Positions 35,685-45,884 of a stretch of 45,884 bases of DNA are shown here, one piece after another. Positions within the stretch are counted from its first letter, which is position 1. Each line of letters begins with the position of its first letter. Under the pieces are notes generated by a model. It did no database searches. It saw nothing but the letters and a program-made list of their open reading frames with translations, and was not told the origin of the DNA. Source of the stretch: Lama guanicoe (lineage: Eukaryota); assembly GCA_013239625.1 (NCBI GenBank), contig MU054338.1, positions 2,048,001-2,093,884 of the forward strand, read 5' to 3'. A program made the translations under genes and the position numbers.

Positions 35685-36930
35685 ATGGGGGAGTTTACTG
35701 CCCCCAGTGACACTGGGCAATGTCTGGGGACGTTTGTGATCATTGTGACTGGGAGATGCTACTGGCATTGAGTGGACAGAGGCCAGGATGCTTGTCAACA
35801 CCCTACGGCGCCCAGGATGGCCTCTCACAACAGAGAATGACCCAGCCCCAGATCAACTGCACCAGGGCTGAGAAACCCTGTTTAGGAGAACAAGGAGCTG
35901 GTGAACATTCTAGAACAGTGCTAGTAGAAATATAATGCAAGCCACATATAGCATTTAAATTTTTCTAGGAGCAACATGGAGAGAGAAAAAAGAAACAGGT
36001 GAAATGAATCTTAATACTATCTTTCACTTGAACCCAGTATCTCCAAAATCTTATCATTTCAATGGGTGGTCAGTACAGCCCACATAAAAATTATGAACAA
36101 AATAGTGCACGTGCCTTTTTTCATCCTTTTTTCAATCCCAAGTGTCCCCAGATCCGGTGAGTGTGCTGCACACCCGTGGTCCGTCTCACCTGCATGCTCC
36201 ACTGTTATCAGGGATGTTCGCGCTGTCTCTGCATTTTATAAAATCAACATTTGAAAAAGTAGGTTTCGCCTGTCCAGTTTGTTCTAAATAGACTAAAGAT
36301 TTTCCAAGAATGGAGTCGGGTATCAGTTTTTAGGCTTATATTTAGGCTTATATTTGTATTAATTGTACTTAAACACAAGTAAACAAAATTCCGTTCCTCA
36401 GTCACGCAAGCCATATTTCAAGTAGCCACATGTGGCTGTTGGCTTCCACACTGAGCAGTAGTTCTAAAATGTTCTAGGCCAAGGGTCAGTCAGCTTTTCC
36501 CGTAAAGGATCAGAGAGTAGTTATTGTTGGCTTTGCCGGCCGTTCAGCCCCGTCCCATCTACGAAAAGCAGAAAACAACCACAGACAAGTCACTGAATGG
36601 GCGTGGCTGTGTGCCAATAAAACTTTATTGGTAAAAACAGGCAGGAAGCCAGAATAGGACTGTGGTTTGCCAGTCTCCAATTTAGACCATCTCTGTCCAG
36701 TAGAACCTTCTGCAGTGGTGGACATGTTCTGTCTCTGCTGTCCAATATGGTGATCAATAGCTCCATGTGGCCACTGAGCCTTTGAAATGTGGCAGGTGTG
36801 GCTCAAGAACTGGATTTTTCGTGTTATTTAGTGTTAATAAATGGAAATTTAAATGTAAACAGCTACATGTGGCTAGGGGCTACCATACTGGACAGTACAA
36901 ATCTAGAATGTTCTAGATCAGGGGTCAGCT
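35685..36930. mobile_element. Cluster of hAT MITEs: MER20 (~35685-35880), MER33-like (~35915-36460), MER58-like (~36480-36680), MER3-like (~36690-36900)
   Basis: ggcaatgtctggggacgttt...agggctgagaaaccctg; tagaaatataatgcaagccacata; gtggctgtgtgccaataaaactttatt; agctacatgtggctaggggctaccatactggacag. Confidence 0.7.
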
Positions 36931-39900
36931 ACTGTTTTGGGCAGCAGAGACCTAGAGTGCTCTAGACCAGGGAACAGTTACCGTGTTAGGCAGGGCAGAC
37001 TTAGAATGTCCTAGACCCAGGAACGTGGTGCAGTGTCATCACACATCTAAATTAGGGAGTCCGAGGTCTCTCTTTGATACCATCTCATGGTGGAGGAGGG
37101 GTGAGGAGTCTCGAGCAATACAGGTCTCCTCTCAGAGCCTCAGTTTCCCCAGAGCTATCACTGTTGCCCAGCACCCCTGGGGCACTTCATCCAAATGTCA
37201 GCGGGGCGCCGGGGCTGCTGCTGGCCCCACTTGACCAACAGGGAAATTGTGAGAGGAAGGGACCCTACCGGGGTCACCCAGCAGGGGGCGCACTTCAGCC
37301 CCGCTCAACCAGTTCCACAGTCCTTGCACCCCTGGCTTCTCTCGTTCGGCTTCCTGAAAGCTGGTCCCTGCCCCCCTGGAGGTGAGGGCAGATGTTTGCT
37401 CAGTAAGAAGGAGGCAGCTGAGAGCAGCTCAGACGTAGGGGACCCTGGAGACCACCCCCAGGTCAGGGCAGCGTTCTCTCAGAGTAGAGCCTGGCTTTTC
37501 AAAACTATTTCTTAAAATTTGAAAAAAAAAAACCTGCACACTTAGAGAAAAGTGTATGCAACACAACTTGATTATAAAGCGAGCACCTCTGTTACCACTG
37601 CACAGCTGGCATCGGCACACCGCCCCGTGCGCGTCCCCGGGCCCGAGCCCCGCTTCCTGCTGGAGGCGCCGCTGTTCTGACTCTCCTGGTGACCAGCTCC
37701 TGCTTTTCTTCTGGTGTGGCGCTGATGAGGCTCAGTGTCATGCCTCAGTGCAGTCTGTGCTTTGTCATCGCCGTGTGGTATTCCACGGCTGGAATATACA
37801 GTTTGCTCGTACATTCTCCTGCTGGTGGGCATTTGGGTTGTTTCTGGTTTTGTTGTTACTTGCTGGTGTTTTGTTTTTGGTGGACACGTGCCGCACTTTG
37901 GCCAGGCTCATTCCCGGGAGTTCCGATCCCCGAGTATCCATACCTTCGGCTTCTGATGAGCAGAGGGGCTGATTTCCGGGGTGAGCCTCCCTCCCCCGAG
38001 AACATCCGCAGAAACGGCATCAGCCTTTCGGAACAAAGAGCTAGAGGCTTGCTTGCTGATCGCACGCGGGCTACTGGCACAGAAGACCCCCCATGCCTGT
38101 CAGCGGCATCTGGGGAAAGGCATCTGAGCCCCCCTCCGCGGCATCTCTGAGGGAGGATGGAGCCGGCACGCACGAGGTGCGGCGGGTGCCGGAAAGCCCA
38201 CCCCGCGGGCTCACGTGCGCGCTCGCAGCCAGGGAGTCAGGGGGCGGGGTCTGGGTTGCGCAAGGGACGTAGGCAGCCACCGTCTCTCCCCCGTGTGTGT
38301 GCGCGTGTGCGTGTGCGTGTGCGTGTTGGGGAAGACAGTATGGAGCGGACACTGCTGTCTTTTCAGTTACAGATGAACCAGGAGGGGAGTGGTCCCCGTC
38401 GTTCCTAGCTCTGCGTCTCCCCACCCACTCCCCGACCTCCCCGTGGCACAGCCAATCCCTGCCCCATAAAGCTGCTTTCTGCAGAATGACCTCCTCCCCC
38501 TTCCAGTTCCCTCCTGGAGTGTGACAGCGGCGTCCGTGGGGGACACAGTTTAATCAAATCTCAGCATTCTGGAATAGGATCATACACTGAATAACAGAAT
38601 CCTGGAATAGAACCAGGAATCGACGGCAGGACCCTGGAATCCACGCTGGGAGGGTGCCTCCAGGTCCCCGCAGAGGCTGTTTGCTGGGCTGTCAAACACC
38701 GGGATGGGGTTCCTGGGGATAGGAGGGACCCCCTGAGGATGGTCAGGCAGCAATCCAGCTCTCACCTCTTGGAGGGTGAGAGGCTAGGTCACCTGAGTCA
38801 GTGTCATCTCTTTCTTCCTGAAGGTCCCGGAGGGTGAGGGTTGCCCCAGACCTGGCAGCTGCCCTGCTGTTCATCTGAGCACCCCAGGAAGGGATGGGTT
38901 TGTCGAGCTGTGAGACCCCCACAAGCCCCCTGAACCCTTTTCTGTGCACATAGGGGTCTCTGAGGTGGTCCCCTTGCAGAACCCACGCCCACATCCCACG
39001 ACTTGACTCAGAGTTAAGCCAGCCCTGAGAATGGGCAGGGGCCCCAAAGGGCCAAACTCCTAATGACTTGGCTGTCCCAGGCCTGTTTCCTTGTCTGTAA
39101 CATGGAGGTGTGGAGTATTTTGTGGATCCTGGGAGGTGACACAACCCAGATGCTGAACACATAATTGGCAGATATACGCTGAATGAGTGAACGAACGGTC
39201 CCAGGCAAGTCGAGCTGTGGGCCTCTGACCAGTCATGCCTCTTCCCGGGCCCGTTGTTTCTGTGAAACGGGGGCAGTGCAGACTCTCCTGGGACAACTCC
39301 TGGGTTACTTCCCATGCCGGCACCGCGCCCAGCACGCCTGCCTCGCTCTTGCCCATGGGACAGCAGTCTGGAAACCACAGGTTTTGTCTCGTTTCATCTC
39401 TTGTCATTTGTGGACCCTGTTCTGGGTCTTTCTGGAGAGGGGTCCCAGAGCCCCTCAGCCCTGACTCCAGAGCTTACTCAAAAGAGGGACAGTGTGTGTT
39501 TTGGGGGATGTGCCACCTTCAAGGCAGTGCCTGAGCAAAGCAACCAAAGCAGATGGGCACGGAGGGGAAGGCTTCTGGGGGAGATGGCATTCCAGGGGGC
39601 TTGTAGGACAAGGATTGGATGTGCAGGGGCACCTTCCAGCCTGATGTCCTTGGGGTGTGGGAGGAGGAGAGGGCAGGAGTGGCTCCTTGAATGCCAGGAT
39701 AAGGAGCTGATCCTCTACCCTAAGGGCAATAGGGAGCCATGGCAGCCTCCAGAACAGGAGAGGGGCTTGGTCTAGGTGTTCACTGGAAGCTGGACTGGGA
39801 CTTGGGTCGCAGAGGAGGAGGCTGGAGTTGTGCCTGAGCAGCCCAGATAGAGGTCCGCCTTGCTTCGTTCCCCTCCACTCCACTCAGAAAGAATTTAGTT

Positions 39901-40849
39901 CGAGCTTTCCCTGGGCTACCGACTACATCTTCTAAAGGCATAACTTGGCAAATCTAGGAGAATATTTGGGGCCCCAGCCTGACTACTGGAGACTCCTCCT
40001 GCAGTCCCTCCTCCCCACAGCCTCAGTTTCCCCATCTGAAATACACACAAGTCAAACATAAGGGACCCTATTGTCCCAATGGTGTATGGCTTGGTTGAAG
40101 TCACAGCAAAAGCTGGGTGGCAGAGCAAAGACTGAATCCCAGCCACTTAGTGGGCATATAGACAATCCCAGAGCCCTACCCAAACTGAACCTTGGCTGGA
40201 GGAATGCCTGGGCCCTCAGAGGAAACTGACAGGAGATCTGGTCTCTGCTTCGGACTTTCTCCTCTCCTTTTCTGATTTGCCTGTCTGTAAAATGGGTATG
40301 TTTCTATCTCATAAAGTTGCTTAGAGATGAAATCAGTCAGTGGATATAGGTATTGCTCCAACATGAACTGCCTGCCACCAACTCCTATTCATACTTCAAA
40401 ACCCACTGTAGATTTTCCATCTTCAGTGACCCCCCAGGATAGCCTTTGGCTCATTACTGTTCTCTGCTCTAGGATCTTCCAGCACTTGATCCCTCCTTCT
40501 GCCCCAACACTGACCTCATGAGCCTGGGAATGTCTGTGTATGCCTCTGTTTCCCCTCTGTCAGACTGGTGGGATTTTTCCTGAGGTTGCAGAATTACTCA
40601 GCATGAAGCACACGGGAATATTGTTGAATAAATGAAAAAAGGAAGGGAGGGGGCAGGGAAAGGATGTAGCGATGGGGAGCCAGAGAAGGTGGAGGAGGGA
40701 GGGAGGGCACTCGGCAGAGACCTCAGTAGGACAGATGGAGAGAGGGAGCAGGAAGGAGGAGGGCAGAACCAGATGGGTGGGCAGGGGCAACAGGAGGGGT
40801 GGGGTTAGGGGAGACCCAGCTCCCCCCTGGCACTCCTCCTCCCTGGTTG

Positions 40850-41100
40850 GGCTGGCAGCTCAGGCAGGGCCCGGCCTCTGGCGGGCGGATCGCCTGGGTG
40901 TTGGGTGTGGAGAGCGAGGCGCGGAGCCCCTGCGTGCGAGCGGCGGCGTGTGCGCGCCTGTGCGCCCAGGGCTGGCCGGGCGGGCGGCGGCACGTGGATG
41001 CCAGCCTGGCGCACGTCTCCAGGCCGGTGGGTAAGGAGGGGCGCGGGGCTGTGGGATGCGGATGGCCGGGCCTCAGAGACTCGGCTTTCAAGTCGGGGAC
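40850..41100 (+). promoter_or_regulatory. CpG island in CELF5 intron 2, candidate internal promoter / alternative first exon ending 41030
   Basis: Dense CpG, CACGTG 40991-40996, donor TGG|GTAAGG at 41030/41031. Confidence 0.6.
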
Positions 41101-41418
41101 TAGAGCGGAGGGGGTTGCCCACCTGGCTTCTCAGAACCAGACCAGGACCCCATCCCCCGCGCCAAGCTGACCCAGGAGGGGGAAAGGGCCTCCCAGTAGG
41201 AGGAAGAAAGTCCCAGGCTCTGCAGCGGGCTGGGGAGATGGTGAGCAGGTACCCAGGCCGCAAGAATGGGGTGGGTGTGGAGGGTGTGGTGATGGGGGCA
41301 GGTTCCCTCCCCGTGATCCCCCTCCCTCACTCCCTCCCTCTGCTCATCCATCTCTAGAAGATTATATTTAAATATCTCTTTTGTGCAAGGCAGGAGCTGG
41401 GCTCGCCCCTAAGAGGCG

Positions 41419-41478
41419 GTTTCCATGGCAACAACAATTGCCAGCTTCCGTGTGGTGAATCAGTGTTGCCATGGCAAC
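41419..41478. promoter_or_regulatory. Two RFX X-box motifs
   Basis: GTTTCCATGGCAAC 41419-41432 and perfect palindrome GTTGCCATGGCAAC 41465-41478. Confidence 0.8.
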
Positions 41479-43419
41479 CTCATCCTCATCTGCCCAAGGT
41501 GCTGGGAGTGGGGGGAGGAGGTGAGGGCCAGCGGAGGCGGGTGGGAGGGGTGGGGGAAAGGCGGGTGGGAGGGGGGGGGGAGCAAGAGGCCAGGGCTCAG
41601 GTGCTCCCTCCCCCGCACCTCCCTTCACCGTCTCAGTCTGCCCCCTGTCCAGAAACTGGTCCCATCTGGTTGAAATAATCTCCCCTCCTGCCTCCAGCTA
41701 GAGAGGTGTGGTACCCAGGTGAAAAGGGAGGCCTTCTCCAAGTGGTCAAGTTCCCTCTGAGGGTGTGTCTGGGTGGCAGGAAGATTGGGCTAGAGGAATT
41801 GGGGGCACTAGATGGGGGAGACAGACGCCTATCTTGTTCTGGGGTTCCCAAGGCTGAGTTCAAGTTGAAGAAGACTGTATGTGCCCCAGACATACACTCA
41901 AAAAGAGAAAGAGTATCAGAAGGGAAAGGAGTCAAAGAGGGGAGGGAGAGCAGACAAATAACCTCTCTAAGCCTTAATTCTGACATCCATAAAATGGGGT
42001 AAAAATTGTGCCTCTCTCTGGAGCTTGCTTGGCTAGTGTTTGTCAAGCACCTTTGAATGGCTGTAGGGGTCTACCTCAAGATTATCGGACCTGGGAGTGG
42101 GGCTGGGATGAGGGTCCAGCCCCAGGCCGGATGTGGAGGGACCAGGTGCCTTTCTATGCTGATGGGTGCTGGAGACTTCCTTCTGGTCAGTTTAGCTCAG
42201 CAGACTCCTCTAATTCTCTCATGTACCCTGCCCTGTGTGTGTGTGTGTGGTGGGGGGTGATGCGGGGGGGAGCTGCTATGGTCTCAGTCTGGAGGGAGGC
42301 AGAGGGAGGAAGGAACCCAGAAGGGTGGAAGGATTGCCCACATGGGGGCTTTGGGGCTGGGTTTTGAAGGATGAGTGGGAGTTCACCAGAGACACCAGGT
42401 CAGGAAGAAGGTTCTGTCCTAGGACCAGCGGAGAAGCAAACGCCACCCCACCCCACAGCCCTCAGGTCTGTTCTGAAATAGCCACATCAGTTCACACCCA
42501 CGGCTGGCTAAGCTGGGGAAGTGGGGCCTAGGGAAGGAATTTGCCCATTGAACATCAGTTTCAGTCCTGGGGGTGAGGGACGGAAGTGTCCAGAACAGTG
42601 AGACCAGATTGCAGGCTGGTCCACTCGGGCATGAGTTTCCCCAGCCCGAGGTCAGGGAGCAGGCTGAAGGTCGCTGCCTTGGTGTGTCGGTCAGCCGCTC
42701 CTGAGTCACAGACTGCTCTGGAAGTTTCATTTGTTCATGATTCTGTAGGTTGACGAGCGCAGGCTGGGCTTAGCTGGGCAGTTCTTCTGCTGATTTGTCC
42801 TGAGTCATTCATGCAGCAACAGTCAGCTGGGGCTCGACTGGAGCTAACTGGGCAGGGCCTCCCTGGGCTGTCTGTCAGCAGAGTGTCTGTGCATGAGGTC
42901 TCCTGTCCTCCAGCAGCTCACTTGGACTCGCCCACCTGGCAGTGTCAAGGGCTCCACGATGACAAGAGTGGGAGATGCGAGATCTCCTGAGGCCGAGGCT
43001 CAGACCTCTCACAGCTCCACTCGCACACATTCCATCAGTTAGCGTTCGCCGCGTGGCCAAGTCCAGGTGCAGAAGCTGGGGAAACAGACCCCAGTTCGTG
43101 ATGGAGGAACTGCAGAGTCACACCACAAACAGGGACTGTGGGACTTGGGCCACTGGAGGAAGCAAGGAGACTTCCTGGCTGAAGGGAGATTTGTTACTGG
43201 GTTTTGAAGGCAAAGTAGGTGTTCTCCAGGCCGCAAGCGCAGAGCCCTGTAGGTGGGACTCTGTCATTTGGTGTGACTGAGGTGCTAGTTGCTGCCAGAG
43301 GTTGGTGGGACGCCGAGGCGGGGGAGGTGGGCAGGAGTGCCAGGCAGAGCTCAGGCAAAGCTTCCACCCACACTATCCCCGCTGCCGACCTTGACCTCCC
43401 TCCCCCCCTCTCTCCACAG

Positions 43420-43471
43420 ATGGCGCGGCCAATCCAGGTGAAGCCTGCGGACAGTGAAAGCCGTGGAGGTA
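43420..43471 (+). CDS. CELF5: CELF5 exon 3 (tandem donor: ends 43468 or 43471)
   Basis: ccacag|ATG; MARPIQVKPADSESRG(G); donor region gag|gta|gttgtc. Confidence 0.92.
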
Positions 43472-43774
43472 GTTGTCATCTCTCCGTGGCCCCCAGGCTG
43501 CGGGCTGGCAGAGGGATGGGAGGATGGAAATCCTTGCGTGAACGGTGGTGGGAGAGGCAGAGGCCCCTGGCCGGGGTAAGGGCAGGAGAGGAGGGAAGCT
43601 GTGTCCCCTCTTCCTAACCACAGTGCCACAGGCCCAGGAGTAGGGGATGTGGCCAGGCCCAGCTGCTTTCCCCTAGAACTTGAAATAGCCCGCTTGTCTG
43701 AGGGTGCAGTAATGGGGATCTTCAGGTGCAGAGGGGCCGGGGTCCCGGAAGGGCTGTGGGCTGCTTTCTGGGCC

Positions 43775-44015
43775 GTGCGTATGTGTGTGCGCATGTTTGC
43801 ACGTCTGGGCAAGCACACGTGTGTGTGTGTGTGAGCAGGCAGACCTGGGCACAGCTCTGTGCAGATGTGTGTGTTCACATGCGTATGTGTTTCTGGCTGG
43901 TGCAGTGGGAGTGCCTGCCCTCCTGTGTGCACATCTGCGTGCCTCGGCTGTGTATGGGCGTGTATGTTCAAGCGTGTGTGCTTGAGTGTTCCAGGCTGGG
44001 TGGGTGGGTGTGCAG
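43775..44015 (+). repeat. TG-rich alternating purine-pyrimidine tract
   Basis: gtgtgtgtgtgtgt core and many tgtgtg/tgcg runs. Confidence 0.85.
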
Positions 44016-44324
44016 GCTGGGCCCTGTGTCTGCCTGAGGCTGGACTTCGCGCTGGGTGTGTTCCTGGGGGGGAGATGCTTAGCTGTCTCCTGTGGGATCC
44101 AAGGTTAGTCATTCTTGGGTACTTTTGAACCCCCTCCCCACCTCAGGTGGACTGGGGGCTGAGGGGTTGCAGCTAGCTGTGGAGGTGGTATGGGAGGGCA
44201 GGGCTGTTAGGACCTCTGTGTATGTGTAGGAGCCTGGTAAAGCCTGTTTGGGCTGGGAACCTGTTTTCACACTTTCCAACCTGGCTGCCAGTGTAGGTCA
44301 AGGATTAGAGAGGTGCGGGGTGTG

Positions 44325-44545
44325 TGTCCTCTCTGCCTTTCTCTCTCTCTCTCTCTCCCCCTCCATATCTCTGTTTCTCAGTCCTAATCTTTTTCTCTCC
44401 TACTGTCTCTCTGGTTCTCTCTCTGCCTTTCCATGTGTCTCTCTTTATCTCTTACTCTCTCTCTCTTTGCCTCTCTCTCTCCCTCTGTCTCTCTCCGTCC
44501 CCCTGCCTTTTGGTCTCTCTGCTTCTGTCTCTTCCTTCCTCCCAC
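44325..44545 (+). repeat. (TC)n-rich polypyrimidine tract
   Basis: ctctctctctctctct and degenerate copies. Confidence 0.9.
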
Positions 44546-45241
44546 CCTCATGAGTGACAGCTGCCAGAGAACAGGTATCCATAGCAACCCAGCTCACCAT
44601 TTCTGGAAGATGGAGCTGCCACATTCCTGATTCCAGGGGAGCAGTGCAATTACCCAAAGGGGCAGGGCTCTGGTGCCTCACATGGGAGGGGCTGGCCCAG
44701 ACTGGTCCCTGCCCTTGGTCCCAAGCCAGCCCCAGGCTCTCCAGACACTTGGTCCTGTGCGTACACACGCCTTCACTCATTCAACGGACACTAATTGCTT
44801 GACCCCACCTTAGCCCCAGCAAGGCTGGGCAGGGAGCTCTGCTGATCACTGTGAGGGTGCAGGGGCCATCAGCGCTCACCCCTGCCAACAAAATCTAGAT
44901 GGCAGACAGACAGACAGGGACTCAGGCCGGGCCAGGCAGTTCCTAGACCCGGTATTATGTGTGGGCTCTCTGAGTGCACAGGAGGGAGAGGCCATTTCGC
45001 CCAGAGGGTGGGAGCAGTTGGGCAGAGAGGGCATTCCAGGCAGGGTCACTGCTTTAGCACAGGCACAGAAATGGGACCGCGCGGGCACGTGGGAGAGTGG
45101 AGAGGTCGGGGCAGGGAAAGCACATGGCTGTGTCCTCCCTCACACGCGCCCGGCTCCCTGCCCTGCTGCCTCCACTCTGCTGGACGGACAGAGAAATTCC
45201 TGGAGGCTAGGACTCGGCTGAGGTGGTGTCTCCACCCACAG

Positions 45242-45370
45242 GGGACCGGAAGCTGTTTGTGGGGATGCTGAACAAGCAGCAGTCGGAGGAGGACGTGCTG
45301 CGGCTGTTCCAGCCCTTCGGGGTCATCGACGAGTGCACCGTGCTCCGGGGTCTTGATGGGAGCAGCAAAG
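45242..45370 (+). CDS. CELF5: CELF5 exon 4 (RRM2 first half; gene continues beyond window)
   Basis: ccacag|gg ... aag|gtgatg; [42 protein letters not shown](G). Confidence 0.96.
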
Positions 45371-45884
45371 GTGATGGGCGGGGGGAGGGTCGAAGGGCAC
45401 GGGTGAGGGAGGGGCTGGCACACAGAGGCAGGGCCTGGAGAGCAGGCCGCAGGGTGGGGCAGGGCCAGGCACACAAGAGAGTGATGCTGGCCCAGGGGAC
45501 AGAAGCGGGCAGGTGGGAGGGTGAGGTTGGTTTGGGGGGAGGGTCGGGGAGGTGGAAGGGCGGGGCCGGCTCCGGGGGGCGGGGCGAGCAGAGCCAGTCC
45601 AGTACCACCCGGTCCTGCCCGAGTGCCCATGTGCGTCTGCGGCTGCCGGTCTCCACCTGACTGTCCGTGGGACTGTTTCCTTCCGGATTTGCCTGTGTCC
45701 TGCGGACTGTCCGTCTGCCTGATCCTACTTACTCCAGCTCCCCATAGGGCAGTACCAAGGAATAATTGGGATCTCCAGCACCTGGTTTCCTGTCTGCTCA
45801 CGTGACTGCATGTGCCTAGGGTTGACTGACCTCCTGTGTCTCTCAGTCCGACACGCTTTCTGCCCGCGTGTCCAAATGAAATGG

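Noticed and set aside
43351..44112. 253-aa minus-strand ORF
   Set aside because: Translation of the TG-rich tract (His/Thr runs); no coding signal
1..45884. CRISPR arrays, operons, prokaryotic or viral systems, rRNA, or a further novel protein-coding gene
   Set aside because: The sequence is explained by two spliced mammalian genes plus repeats. No regularly spaced repeat-spacer array was seen, and the remaining ORFs show no recognisable domains.

Overview
Mammalian genomic DNA, GC-rich and probably camelid (judged from a tRNA-derived SINE and a young L1 3' end recalled as camelid types). It is syntenic to human 19p13.3. The + strand carries NCLN (nicalin) exons 4-15 with a ~1.5 kb 3' UTR (1385-~9350), then after ~6 kb the CpG-island promoter and exons 1-4 of CELF5 (15468-45370, continuing past the window). 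All 16 coding exons were placed at GT-AG boundaries with consistent phase. The rest is ancient repeats (MER58, MER20, MER3/33, MLT1, L2, MIR, L1M), simple repeats and two N-gaps. I see no wholly new gene system. The best leads are: a candidate internal CELF5 first exon beside a double RFX X-box/MEF2 cluster, giving an RRM1-less isoform; a possible poison donor and UG tract after CELF5 exon 3; an RE1/REST-like site; a 58-nt NCLN intron; and two radical substitutions in conserved coding motifs. Exon numbers, orthologue comparisons and repeat family names come from memory, not searches, and repeat boundaries are approximate.
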